The notes: generated from the sequence alone by a model not told the origin. Counted from the first letter of the stretch, positions 47,163-56,610 are shown. The stretch: DNA of 64,000 nt from Candidatus Magasanikbacteria bacterium CG11_big_fil_rev_8_21_14_0_20_39_34 (GCA_002787355.1 PCWN01000001.1:13838-77837), one strand, 5' to 3'. Program-made: numbers and translations.

Positions 47163-48290
47163 GTGATATTTATGATAAAAAGATACCTTTTTGTACTCAG
47201 CGTAGGAGGAATAATTTTTTTCTCGGGGTGTGGCGCTACTCCTGCAAAAGAAGCAGCAACCATAAAAATTGGGTTTATAGGACCTATAACGGGTCCGGCT
47301 GCAAAATATGGTGCCGATAATGCAGCACTTCTGGCTGTTCAAGAAATAAATGGCACTGGTGGAATAAATGGAAAAAAACTTGAAATTATTATGGAAGATG
47401 GGAGATGCGAACCAAAGACGGCACTGAGTGCCATAAACAAACTTATTTATGCAGACCAAGTAAAAATAATCTTGGGGGGACACTGTAGTCCTGAAACCGT
47501 GACGATTGCCCCAATTGCCGAGCAAAATAAAGTATTGCTATTGGCTTCCCTTTCTTCAAACCCAGAAATAACGCATATGGGAGATTACATTTTTAGAACT
47601 ACTGCCGCAAGTACAGCACGAGTTCCACAAACTACCAATGCATTAAAAGAAAAATTTGGTATAAAAAAGCTTGCGCTTGTTGTAGAAGAAACCAGTTTTG
47701 CAAAACCCATCGGGGATATTATCCAAAAGGGTTTTGAAGAAGCAGGTGGCGCTGTTGTAGCCTATGAAACAATTCTTCCCGACGAGAAAGATTTTAGATC
47801 CATACTGAGTAAAGTAAAGGAAAGTAACGCAGACGCTCTCTACATTGCAACGCAGGCACCAGATAAGGCTATTGAGATTATCTCCGAAATGCGAGAACTT
47901 GGTATGCCGCAAAAGATTTTTGGAAATGAAAGTGTGGGGAGCGTTTCTTTGATTGAAGCATTAAAAGAGGGCGCAAACGGGATTGTTTTTGATGCACCCT
48001 TTTATGATAAGTCACAAATAAATGTACAAGAATTTATAAAAAAATATAAAGAGCATTTTGGGTCTGAGCCACCATATGGATCACTTACTGCGGAATCCTA
48101 TGATGCGGTGTATTTGGTTGCAGAAGCACTCAAGAGTGTTGGGGAAGATCCAGAAAGGGTGCGCGACTATTTATATGGTGTATCAGAATACAAGGGTGCC
48201 TCTGGTACATTTGGTTTTGACAAAAGTGGAGATGTGACAAGAAAGTATGGTCTCTATACTATTCAAGATGGACGTATTGAAGCATATTAA
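47163..48290 (+). CDS. LivJ/Peripla_BP_6-family substrate-binding lipoprotein (cassette C)
   Basis: lipobox FFSGCGA; IKIGFIGPITGPAAKYGADNAALLAVQEINGTGGINGKKLEIIMEDGRC... nearly colinear with LivJ/LivK. Confidence 0.85.
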   Translation: MIFMIKRYLFVLSVGGIIFFSGCGATPAKEAATIKIGFIGPITGPAAKYGADNAALLAVQEINGTGGINGKKLEIIMEDGRCEPKTALSAINKLIYADQVKIILGGHCSPETVTIAPIAEQNKVLLLASLSSNPEITHMGDYIFRTTAASTARVPQTTNALKEKFGIKKLALVVEETSFAKPIGDIIQKGFEEAGGAVVAYETILPDEKDFRSILSKVKESNADALYIATQAPDKAIEIISEMRELGMPQKIFGNESVGSVSLIEALKEGANGIVFDAPFYDKSQINVQEFIKKYKEHFGSEPPYGSLTAESYDAVYLVAEALKSVGEDPERVRDYLYGVSEYKGASGTFGFDKSGDVTRKYGLYTIQDGRIEAY

Positions 48291-48366
48291 AAAAACATCC
48301 CTCATTGGGGATGTTTTTTCTTCTCAAAAGACATACTATCTTCTCAGAGGGATGAAGAAGGTGGGG

Positions 48367-48753
48367 TTAGAACTGGACGCACTCGCACCAGTAGCACATA
48401 TGGTTTGTGGGTGCATTTCTGCGCTTGCATTGTGTACATTCCCATTCATGCTTGGGTAAGCGTCTGCTTGGGTGGTGCAGTCGGCAGCGTGTGCAGTAGA
48501 ATTCCCGGATGGGATTGACGAGGGAGCAGGATGGGCAGCGCCACTTTTTTTCTTCCAGTGAAACTGCTGTTGAAGCCGTTTGTTGTGGCTTCTGTTCTGG
48601 TCGTGCTGTGTTGCATCCCGAGAACTCGCAGAGTACACTGTCTGCCCTATTCCACCATGGTTTGTGTGGGTGATGGGTTGGGCATCGGCAGACCCACCAG
48701 TTCGTGTCCGCCCAGGTTCCAGTCGGGGAACAATCCTCTCCGTGTGTACGCAT
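48367..48753 (-). CDS. small Cys-rich protein with two RanBP2-type zinc fingers, in a high-G+C islet
   Basis: WRCPSCSLVNPIREFYCTRC and WECTQCKRRNAPTNHMCYWC both fit W-x-C-x2-C-x3-N-x6-C-x2-C exactly; G+C of islet visibly about half vs about one third in flanks. Confidence 0.5.
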   Translation of the reverse strand: MRTHGEDCSPTGTWADTNWWVCRCPTHHPHKPWWNRADSVLCEFSGCNTARPEQKPQQTASTAVSLEEKKWRCPSCSLVNPIREFYCTRCRLHHPSRRLPKHEWECTQCKRRNAPTNHMCYWCECVQF

Positions 48754-48834
48754 GAGTCACTCCCTTTATCCGTTCATTTCCTATTCTTATGAAAAATCGT
48801 CCTTTTGTCAATGGCGTGAAGGAAGAGAAAAAAA

Positions 48835-48858
48835 AGAGCCAATTAACTGATTGGCTCT
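48835..48858. terminator. palindromic terminator element (copy 1) downstream of SBP D
   Basis: AGAGCCAAT-TAACTG-ATTGGCTCT, T-run on the minus strand side; near-identical to element at 50842. Confidence 0.45.
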
Positions 48859-48876
48859 CTTTTGCTTTTAAAAAAG

Positions 48877-49947
48877 TTAAAACTTTATTTCCTCTGCAAT
48901 TCCATTTTTTACTGTATAGAGTTTTTGTATTCTGTCTGCACGTTTTTTTTCTCCGAAAAGAATATTCAGTCCCTCAATTATATTCCCATTTTTTGGGTTG
49001 GCTGCCTCTATTACTTTCTGTAGACCATCATATCCAAAAGATACGAGGATAGCATCATTGATTTTTTCTCCATATGTTTGTTGATATAGTTCGGTCAGTT
49101 CGGGTATCTCATCTGTCCAGTTATTTGTATATATAACACCCTCCACATTTTTTCCAGACTCTGAAATGACTGTAGGGAGGAGCGTATCACCAGTCATAAG
49201 CGGAAGGTTTAAGTTAAATTCATGAACCTGTTTAAGGAAGTCAATATTCCCGGGTGGAATGAGAGGAAAGTAAATACCATCGCTGTTGTTTTGTTTTACT
49301 TTTGTAAGAGTTGTACGAAAGTCGTTTTCGGAAATGGGGATATTTTCTTGTAAGGAAAGAGTTCCACCCAAGTCAACAAACTTTTCAGAAAAACTTTTGT
49401 TAATTAAATTTGCCCAAGGGTCTTGGTGAGATACAAGAGCAATATTTTTTAGTCCTAAAACATAGTGTGCATATTCTGCCATTATTTCTCCCGAGCGTTC
49501 GGTGGAAAAACCGTTGCTGTATACAAGCGGTCCACTTTCTGAAAGGTATTGATTGCTATCCCAGAGAACTAAAAGTGGTATCCCATTGTCACTTAAGATG
49601 GGGGCTATGGGGCGCGCCTCTTCAATGATGAGGGTCAACACAATAGATACGTGATCTATATTGGTGAGTTTGTTGGCAGCTTCGGTTGCACTTACTGGAT
49701 TTAAACTTTTGTCGTCTTCCACAATGAGTTCAATAGATGCTTTACCACTTTGTTGTAACTTTTGTTGTGCAAGCTGTATTCCTTTGAGTGTTTCCTGCCC
49801 CAGTTGTGAAAAATCTCCGGTAAGAGGGAGGACTACCCCAACTTTTAGGGTGGGGGGTGTTTCTTTTTTCCCTTCACTGAGTGAACACCCCGTTAAAAAG
49901 AGAAGTAAGACAGTAATAATAGGGATAAATTTTTTCATAATTAACAT
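48877..49947 (-). CDS. divergent LivJ/Peripla_BP_6-like substrate-binding lipoprotein (cassette D)
   Basis: lipobox FLTGCSL; LKVGVVLPLTGDFSQLGQETLKGIQLAQQKL... same fold family but most divergent of the four. Confidence 0.75.
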   Translation of the reverse strand: MLIMKKFIPIITVLLLFLTGCSLSEGKKETPPTLKVGVVLPLTGDFSQLGQETLKGIQLAQQKLQQSGKASIELIVEDDKSLNPVSATEAANKLTNIDHVSIVLTLIIEEARPIAPILSDNGIPLLVLWDSNQYLSESGPLVYSNGFSTERSGEIMAEYAHYVLGLKNIALVSHQDPWANLINKSFSEKFVDLGGTLSLQENIPISENDFRTTLTKVKQNNSDGIYFPLIPPGNIDFLKQVHEFNLNLPLMTGDTLLPTVISESGKNVEGVIYTNNWTDEIPELTELYQQTYGEKINDAILVSFGYDGLQKVIEAANPKNGNIIEGLNILFGEKKRADRIQKLYTVKNGIAEEIKF

Positions 49948-50011
49948 TTGACAATTTATATATACAAAAATTTACCTATTTACAAATAAAAAATCAATAT
50001 ATATACTTGTA

Positions 50012-50857
50012 TTGACGAAAATAATTTACAACATAGAAGCATATATGAAACAGCTTTTTAGTCTTCTCGCTCGCCTGGGACTCGAGGAAAAAGAAATAAA
50101 GGTATTTCTTTCTTTGATAAAACTTGGCGCAGCTACCGCGACGCAGGTTTCAAGAGATACCTCAATAACTCGAACTCTCATCTATGATATTATGGAAAGA
50201 TTGAAGTCTCGGGGTATTGTGAGTGAAAGCGTTCGACATGGTGTAAAAATGTTCGTTCCTCTTGATCATGCGGGGCTTATTGCATACATATCCAAGAAAC
50301 GGGATGATCTTCTCGATCTCCAGCAAAATTTTACCCATGCAGCAAATGAATTTCACGCACTACAGAAAGAAAGACAACAAAAAACGGATGTTCGTTTTTT
50401 TAGTGGTCCAGAAGGAGTGAGAAGCGTATATGAAGAAATAATGGGAGACTTCAAAAAAACAGGGAAGGCAGGAGATGAAGTTTTCACTGTTTTTTCACCT
50501 ACAAAACTTGAAACATCTATTCCTGGGTGGTCGAACAATACAGAGTACTTCAGCACAAATAGGAATATAAAAAATTATCACATCATGTGTGAATCAGAGC
50601 ATACGCAAATATATCTTGATAAAATACGATTGGGATCTGATTATCACGAATGGCGTTTTTGGAAAAATGAGTTGGGACAATTTCCAACAGATACACTCTG
50701 TTGGAAAAACAAGATAGTGTATGTAGACTTGGAGGGATACCCTTCGGGTATTATTATAGAAAATGAATCGATAACAACAAGTTTCAAGATGTGGTTTTGG
50801 CAAATATGGAAAAGCCTAGAACCTGGCGGAAAAAATAAAAGAGAGCCAATCAACTGA
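50012..50857 (+). CDS. TrmB-family HTH transcriptional regulator (cassette D)
   Basis: LGLEEKEIKVFLSLIKLGAATATQVSRDTSITRTLIYDIMERLKSRGIV TrmB-type HTH; start may be MKQLFSLL at 50045. Confidence 0.7.
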   Translation: MTKIIYNIEAYMKQLFSLLARLGLEEKEIKVFLSLIKLGAATATQVSRDTSITRTLIYDIMERLKSRGIVSESVRHGVKMFVPLDHAGLIAYISKKRDDLLDLQQNFTHAANEFHALQKERQQKTDVRFFSGPEGVRSVYEEIMGDFKKTGKAGDEVFTVFSPTKLETSIPGWSNNTEYFSTNRNIKNYHIMCESEHTQIYLDKIRLGSDYHEWRFWKNELGQFPTDTLCWKNKIVYVDLEGYPSGIIIENESITTSFKMWFWQIWKSLEPGGKNKREPIN

Positions 50858-50872
50858 TTGGCTCTCTTTTTT
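50841..50872. terminator. palindromic bidirectional terminator element (copy 2)
   Basis: GAGAGCCAATCA-AC-TGATTGGCTCTC followed by TTTTTTGTTT; overlaps last codons of regulator D and abuts 3' end of DUF5667 gene. Confidence 0.5.
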
Positions 50873-50874
50873 GT

Positions 50875-52161
50875 TTAAAGTTCTCCTCTTACTTGAATTT
50901 CAAATTTTTCATTATCATTTTTTTCTTTCACACGAATTTTTAACCTTCCACCTTCGTTATCATCATCATTTCTTCTTTCATCACTTTTTTCTTGTACACG
51001 TATCCTCAATTGAGTTGTTGTACTCACTTCATGATCGTCATCTTCGTCTTCGTCTTCATCGTGTTCACGTGTTGTGTGGAGAGTCGATGTTGTTGACGTT
51101 GAAGTATTGTCATCGTCATCTCCTCGGTCCGGGCGCAATTTAAATGGAAGATCTGGAATGTGTATACCAAGGTGACTACGGAGGTGGATCTTCACATATG
51201 CTTGGAGTCGTTCAAGCATATTGTTTACTGATCCATAGAGAGAGAATGCTTCGCGGTATTGTTGTGCTTCCAACTTTATATTGGCATTGGTGAGTGTTTC
51301 TTGGATATTACTGAGTTGAGTTTCGGCCTTGAGGTAAACATCGGCATCCATATCTTCTTTATTTTCTTCTAAAAGTTTCAGAACTTTTTCAAACTTTCTT
51401 TCTGCAAGATCTTTTCTATTTCGTACGGATACCTCGGGTTTTGTATTTGCTTCAACGACTGCTTCAGACTCAGCATTTTCTGAAACTTCGGTAGCCTGGT
51501 CGGTAAGATTTCGAACGTGGGCAAGGAGATCAAGCGCTTCGCGAGTGGAAGTGGCGGCATCATCTTGTGAAAGCCCAAGATTAATGAGCAGCGCAGCTCC
51601 AGCTTGGAGTTTTGCTTGGAGTGTATTGGAGATGGCAACGGCAGCCTGAGGGTTTCCTTTTTCTTGGAGACGAGCGATACTTTTCTCTGCTTTATCTAAC
51701 CCCTTTTCAACCTGCTCGGAAAGTTGAGATTTTACTTTATCGGAGAGTTCCCCACGTTTTGCAAGTTGTGCCGCTTCTTCCAGTCGTCTTTCGCCACGTT
51801 CAATATCCCACTCTGTTTGGTTTTCCAAACCAACCGCTGCAAGAGAACGAACATTTTCGTTGACGTGAACTTTTACCGGGTAGAGAGCATCCCCAGGAAG
51901 AGAATTTTCTGCAGCAAAGGCAGTTCCACCACCAAGTACAACAATTAATGCGAGAAAAAGATTTACAAACATATATTTCTTAAGATTAAAAGTTATATTA
52001 AAGAGATCTGCACCCCTATGCAATGTTTGACGGAAAGAAAATGTTTTTCTTACAGATACACTACGATTTTCAGCTATCTGGTTTTCCAACACCAAACGAA
52101 AATTTTGTTTATCTTTGGGAGATAAACGTATCTTTTTTGCATTTTGAATAAATTTTTTCAT
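50875..52161 (-). CDS. DUF5667-like membrane-anchored protein (putative anti-sigma/partner of ECF sigma)
   Basis: single TM then long coiled-coil/alpha-helical domain; 4-bp overlap with upstream ECF sigma gene; acidic His-rich tail. Confidence 0.6.
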   Translation of the reverse strand: MKKFIQNAKKIRLSPKDKQNFRLVLENQIAENRSVSVRKTFSFRQTLHRGADLFNITFNLKKYMFVNLFLALIVVLGGGTAFAAENSLPGDALYPVKVHVNENVRSLAAVGLENQTEWDIERGERRLEEAAQLAKRGELSDKVKSQLSEQVEKGLDKAEKSIARLQEKGNPQAAVAISNTLQAKLQAGAALLINLGLSQDDAATSTREALDLLAHVRNLTDQATEVSENAESEAVVEANTKPEVSVRNRKDLAERKFEKVLKLLEENKEDMDADVYLKAETQLSNIQETLTNANIKLEAQQYREAFSLYGSVNNMLERLQAYVKIHLRSHLGIHIPDLPFKLRPDRGDDDDNTSTSTTSTLHTTREHDEDEDEDDDHEVSTTTQLRIRVQEKSDERRNDDDNEGGRLKIRVKEKNDNEKFEIQVRGEL

Positions 52162-52682
52162 ACAAGTATCAATAAAATGCAGATCATCGCAACAAGTTTT
52201 TTGAGGGCACTTTTTCCTCTATGAATTCGTACCGAAATAAGATTGGTATCTTCACCTAAAATTTCGGCAATTTCTTTAGGTTTGAGTCCATCTACATATC
52301 GCATAAGCAATACACTACGAAACTCTTCAGGGATTTGTTTGGATATTTCCAAGAGATATTGTGCATCTACAGAATTTTCCATCTCTTTTTTACCAAATTC
52401 ACTTGGCTCCCATCCCGACTCCATGCGTTTTTCCAGAGACTCTTCTTTTTGTTTTCTTGAGTAATCAATAATGAGGTTGTTGGCAATTTTGTAAACAAGA
52501 GCGCGAATATTTTTCACTTCTTTTTCAGAGATGACCTGCCAACATCGTAGGAAGGCCTCTTGCATATATTCTTTTGCCAATTCCTCGTGAAAGAGTCGAA
52601 AAAAACAATGGCGATAGATGTCATCCGCATGCTTATCATACACTTTTAAGAATGCATTTTCTTGCTGCTTATTCGACTTCAT
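52158..52682 (-). CDS. ECF-type RNA polymerase sigma factor (sigma-70 region 2 + 4)
   Basis: region 2 (YRHCFFRLFHEELAKEYMQEAFLRCW) and region 4 (LLMRYVDGLKPKEIAEILGEDTNLISVRIHRGKSALKKL). Confidence 0.85.
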   Translation of the reverse strand: MKSNKQQENAFLKVYDKHADDIYRHCFFRLFHEELAKEYMQEAFLRCWQVISEKEVKNIRALVYKIANNLIIDYSRKQKEESLEKRMESGWEPSEFGKKEMENSVDAQYLLEISKQIPEEFRSVLLMRYVDGLKPKEIAEILGEDTNLISVRIHRGKSALKKLVAMICILLILV

Positions 52683-52724
52683 ACATCTGCCTACTATGAC
52701 GAAAAGAAAGGGATTTTCTTACAA

Positions 52725-55700
52725 TTAAGAGCCGTTTACGGAGATAGTGATCGAGTCCCCATCAAGACGGGATCCATCTTTGATGGTCACAATGGTAGAA
52801 ATTTTATATCTTCCGGGTTCTGGAATTTCGTCCCATTTAAATTCAATGCGGTTATTGAAAAGTTGACTAAAATCATCTAATTTCTTGAGAAGTGTGGTAT
52901 CGGTTCCTCCCAAATTTTGTTTGTAAAATTCAACACTCTTTATGTCTTCCAGCTTATTATGTGTGAGATAGAAAACACGTGGAAAAGAAGCCTGTGAGAG
53001 TTCAATAGTTTTTTCTTCAAAGAAGAGCGTTGGGGGCTCTGCGGGAACATCCAAAATAAATGGAACTTTTTGTTCAAGTCGGTTCCCAATATCATCTTCT
53101 ACAATTATAGTAAGAACATGGTTTCCAGGTTCAACTCCGTGAAGTACCGTATTGAGGTTAAAAGGGTGAGAAGGAATATATCCTAAAAACTGGTCATCCA
53201 GTTGGTATCCAACATGCTTGACACCTCGTGGAGCAGAAACACGAATATCTGTATCCAATATTCTGCTGTGGAGTGTGGAAGAGACTGCTGGATGAATAAT
53301 TTGAAGAGATGGAATAAGTTCAAGAGAATATTCATCATCAAAACCTGCAGGAGGTTCTTCAAACCGTATTTCCCAGGTTGGATCTTCTTCTTGTTTTCGT
53401 TTTACCCAGTCTGCAATAGCTGCCTCCCAGATATCATACTGTGGGTCAAGATTCGGGTTTTCTGGTGGTGGACCCAGTGGATCTGCACGGTCAACATACT
53501 GCAAGATGGAGTGACCTTGTACATAGGTTCTCTCTACGACGAGATGCTCTGGTGTGGAGCTGGTCGCACGATTTCCCGTGACTTTATTTACTTTGAGAGT
53601 AACTCCTCCATTTTCAGATCCACGGAGTGCTGGTTTATCTGTTTTGAATTCTGGCATGGGGGGGAAATTCTCGGTTGGTAATTCTTTGAGTGCCTCACGC
53701 ATAAAGTGATTCCATATTGGAGCGGCAACTTTTGATCCCCCATAACCACGTTTCATGGGAGTATTGTCGGTGTTTCCAACCCAGACGCCAGAGACAAGAT
53801 TTGGTGTGTAGCCAATGGTCCATGCATCAATATAGTTATTGGTAGTTCCAGTTTTTGCAGCCACTTGAACATCGGGAATGGTCAAGACTCCACCGGCTCC
53901 AAATGCGTAGGCACGCGCCCCATCATTGGAAAGAACATTTGATATGGTTGCTGCGGTTTCTTTTTCAATAATGCGTTCCATTTTTTTGGGTTTCCACTCA
54001 GTGAGGACCTTTCCATCTTTATCTTCTACTCGGAGTATAGAAACAGGATTTGTTCTTAAACCACCATTGGCAAAAGAAGAGTAGGCAGCAACATGGTCCA
54101 CAAGTTTTACTTCTCCACCTCCTAAAACAAGTGAAAGACCATAGTCTCCATTTTCAAAAGTGGAGTATCCTAATTTTTTTGCGAAATCAATACTTTCTTT
54201 GGGACCCACCAGATACATTGTTTTTACAGCAGGAATGTTGAGTGACCCTTGTAGAGCTTTTTGCAGAGTAACTTGGCCATGTTCCTTGAGGTCATAGTTG
54301 AGTGGCATGTAAGGCTTTCCACTTACGGCAAAGTTTGTTTGTACATCCCAGAGATTAGTTTGTGGGGTATACCCTTTTTCAAATGCAGCGGTGTAGATAA
54401 TAGGCTTGAAAGAGGATCCTGGTTGACGTTTTCCTTGCGTTGCAACATTAAACTGCCCATTAATTTCTGGGGACCAAAAGTCTCTTGAACCCACCAGCGC
54501 CATGACCTGCCCATTTTTTGGGTCCATGGCTAAAAGTGAAGCATTATTTGCGTTGGCGTCTTCAAAGAGTTTATCGCTTTCTTCTTGTACCGCCTGTTCA
54601 GCAATTTTTTGCATTTTGTAATCAAGCGTAGTAAGAACATGAAGACCCCCGGTATCTACCATCTGTTCACCAAATTCTTGCACAAGCTGTTCTTTTACAT
54701 AGAGCACAAAGTGTGGTGCAGTAATATTATCAATTCTTTGTTTTAAATGGAGCTCTTGTTTTTGCGCAGTATCTTTTTGTTCTACTGTAATAAATCCTTC
54801 TTCAAACATACGTAAGAGCACAAAATCTCTTCGTTGTCGGAGAAGGTCAAGGTCATTGAGGTAACGCGTTGGTTGTTTAGGTATACCAGCTAGGGTAGCA
54901 CATTCATCCAAGGTAAGATCAGAAACATGTTTTCCAAAGTAACTTTGTGCAGCAGCTTCTATTCCATAGTTTGTAGATCCATAGGGGATTTCATTGAAGT
55001 ATATTTTCAATATCTGGTCTTTTGTATACTTTTGCTCAAGACGAAGTGAGAGGATGATTTCTTTTAATTTTCTGGTAAGAGTTTGTTCTGGAGTAAGGAT
55101 GGCATTTTTTACGAGTTGTTGAGTAATCGTGGACGCTCCTCCACCAACTTTTCCCTTCCCAAGAACACCATATACCATAGAACGCAAAATACTCAGTGGA
55201 CGAACTCCCCTGTGTTCATAAAAAGTGGTATCTTCTGTTGCTATGAGTCCCTGTACTAATTCTTGTGGAATGTCTTCAAGGTCTACTAATGTTCGTTTTT
55301 GATCTGAAAAAATTTCATAAAGGAGATGTTCTCCAGTTCTGTCATAGATTTTTGTACTCTCCGCAACTTTCCTCTGTGTAAGCTTATCCGGATCGGGAAG
55401 ATCTCGACTCACCCAAAAAGTAAAACCTACCAAAAAGATAAACCCAAAAACACATCCATACAAACAGGTCCAGAAGATAAAGTGTCTTAATCGCTTTTTT
55501 TTGTCCTTATTCATGTGAGGACGCCTTTTCCAGAAGAAAAAGATCTGTTTGAATATCCAAAAAAGTACCTTGAATGGAAAAGCAAGGGCGGAAAGGAAAA
55601 ATTGTTTCCATCGAGAGTCTTCCGGTTGATGAGAAAGAGGGTGGACGGAGAAATCTGGTGGAGTCCGTTTCGCTTTTGCACCGGTTGTTGTTTTTTTCGT

Positions 55701-55766
55701 TTCTCGCGGCGGTTTATTTTTTGGCTCCTGTGCGATGTATCCGTAGCTTCGGCGCTTTTCTGGCAT
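52725..55766 (-). CDS. penicillin-binding protein 1A (GT51 transglycosylase + transpeptidase) with C-terminal Ig-like extension
   Basis: GT51 motifs (EDTTFYEHRGVRPLSILRS, GASTITQQLVKN), SxxK/SxN/KTG transpeptidase blocks, about 300-aa C-terminal beta-rich extension; start may be internal MNKDKKK. Confidence 0.9.
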   Translation of the reverse strand: MPEKRRSYGYIAQEPKNKPPRETKKTTTGAKAKRTPPDFSVHPLSHQPEDSRWKQFFLSALAFPFKVLFWIFKQIFFFWKRRPHMNKDKKKRLRHFIFWTCLYGCVFGFIFLVGFTFWVSRDLPDPDKLTQRKVAESTKIYDRTGEHLLYEIFSDQKRTLVDLEDIPQELVQGLIATEDTTFYEHRGVRPLSILRSMVYGVLGKGKVGGGASTITQQLVKNAILTPEQTLTRKLKEIILSLRLEQKYTKDQILKIYFNEIPYGSTNYGIEAAAQSYFGKHVSDLTLDECATLAGIPKQPTRYLNDLDLLRQRRDFVLLRMFEEGFITVEQKDTAQKQELHLKQRIDNITAPHFVLYVKEQLVQEFGEQMVDTGGLHVLTTLDYKMQKIAEQAVQEESDKLFEDANANNASLLAMDPKNGQVMALVGSRDFWSPEINGQFNVATQGKRQPGSSFKPIIYTAAFEKGYTPQTNLWDVQTNFAVSGKPYMPLNYDLKEHGQVTLQKALQGSLNIPAVKTMYLVGPKESIDFAKKLGYSTFENGDYGLSLVLGGGEVKLVDHVAAYSSFANGGLRTNPVSILRVEDKDGKVLTEWKPKKMERIIEKETAATISNVLSNDGARAYAFGAGGVLTIPDVQVAAKTGTTNNYIDAWTIGYTPNLVSGVWVGNTDNTPMKRGYGGSKVAAPIWNHFMREALKELPTENFPPMPEFKTDKPALRGSENGGVTLKVNKVTGNRATSSTPEHLVVERTYVQGHSILQYVDRADPLGPPPENPNLDPQYDIWEAAIADWVKRKQEEDPTWEIRFEEPPAGFDDEYSLELIPSLQIIHPAVSSTLHSRILDTDIRVSAPRGVKHVGYQLDDQFLGYIPSHPFNLNTVLHGVEPGNHVLTIIVEDDIGNRLEQKVPFILDVPAEPPTLFFEEKTIELSQASFPRVFYLTHNKLEDIKSVEFYKQNLGGTDTTLLKKLDDFSQLFNNRIEFKWDEIPEPGRYKISTIVTIKDGSRLDGDSITISVNGS

Positions 55767-55940
55767 ATTTATCTAAAATTAGGTAAATTTTGAGATTATT
55801 TTGTCCCCTTTTTTCTTTATTGTAGCACAAAGAGGGGGCTAGGAAAAGGAAAAACAAAAAAGGTCAAAAAAAGGAGATTCTGTTTTTTTGCTAATTTTAG
55901 CAAAAAAACACCAAAAAGGTATTGACAAAGAGGGCAAAAT

Positions 55941-56591
55941 ATGATACAATTGCGGGTCTCAAACAATCAAGGGGATTACCCAAGAAGGTTTGATTTAAAA
56001 AGGAGTGTATGCTATACTTTTGCTCACTTCCTTTTGGAACCGGTTTCTCTGGTTCATAACCTCGCATATTATATGACGAAGTTTATACAGAAAAACTTAC
56101 AAAATGTATATAAACAAATTGCCTCTCTTTTGATGGGTGCCGTAGTTTTAACATCGGTTTCCGTGCCAGGACTTGTTGCTACAGAGGTGGTAAAAAATAT
56201 TGATGAAAACGGAGGTATCCTTTTTGAGGCAGAGCCTCCGGATAGCTTCCCGGTTGCACAAAACCGGGAACCAAGAAGAGTTATGTGGGTGGTTGTAACG
56301 GCCTATTCACTAGAAGCTGCTCAAACAGATAGTACACCATGTATTCCTGCAAACGGAGAAGACCTTTGTGCCCTTCGTGAGTTACAGGGAGCACATAATA
56401 CCGTTGCAGCAAACTTCCTACGTTTTGGAACACAAGTCAAACTCCCAGAACTTTTTGGGAATAAGACATTGGTGGTCCGTGATCGGATGAATGCAAGATA
56501 CAATGGAACCAACAGGATTGATGTGGTTATGGATACCAGAGCAGAAGCAATCAAGTTTGGTGTAAAATATGTAAAGATGGAAATCTACTAA
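55941..56591 (+). CDS. 3D-domain (MltA-like double-psi beta-barrel) cell-wall protein
   Basis: VVTAYS..DSTPCIPANGEDLC...NTVAAN..FGTQVKLP..VVRDRM..NRIDVVM 3D-domain signature; TM/signal segment; start may be MTKFIQKN. Confidence 0.7.
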   Translation: MIQLRVSNNQGDYPRRFDLKRSVCYTFAHFLLEPVSLVHNLAYYMTKFIQKNLQNVYKQIASLLMGAVVLTSVSVPGLVATEVVKNIDENGGILFEAEPPDSFPVAQNREPRRVMWVVVTAYSLEAAQTDSTPCIPANGEDLCALRELQGAHNTVAANFLRFGTQVKLPELFGNKTLVVRDRMNARYNGTNRIDVVMDTRAEAIKFGVKYVKMEIY

Positions 56592-56610
56592 AGAAAAGAC
56601 AAAGAAAAAA

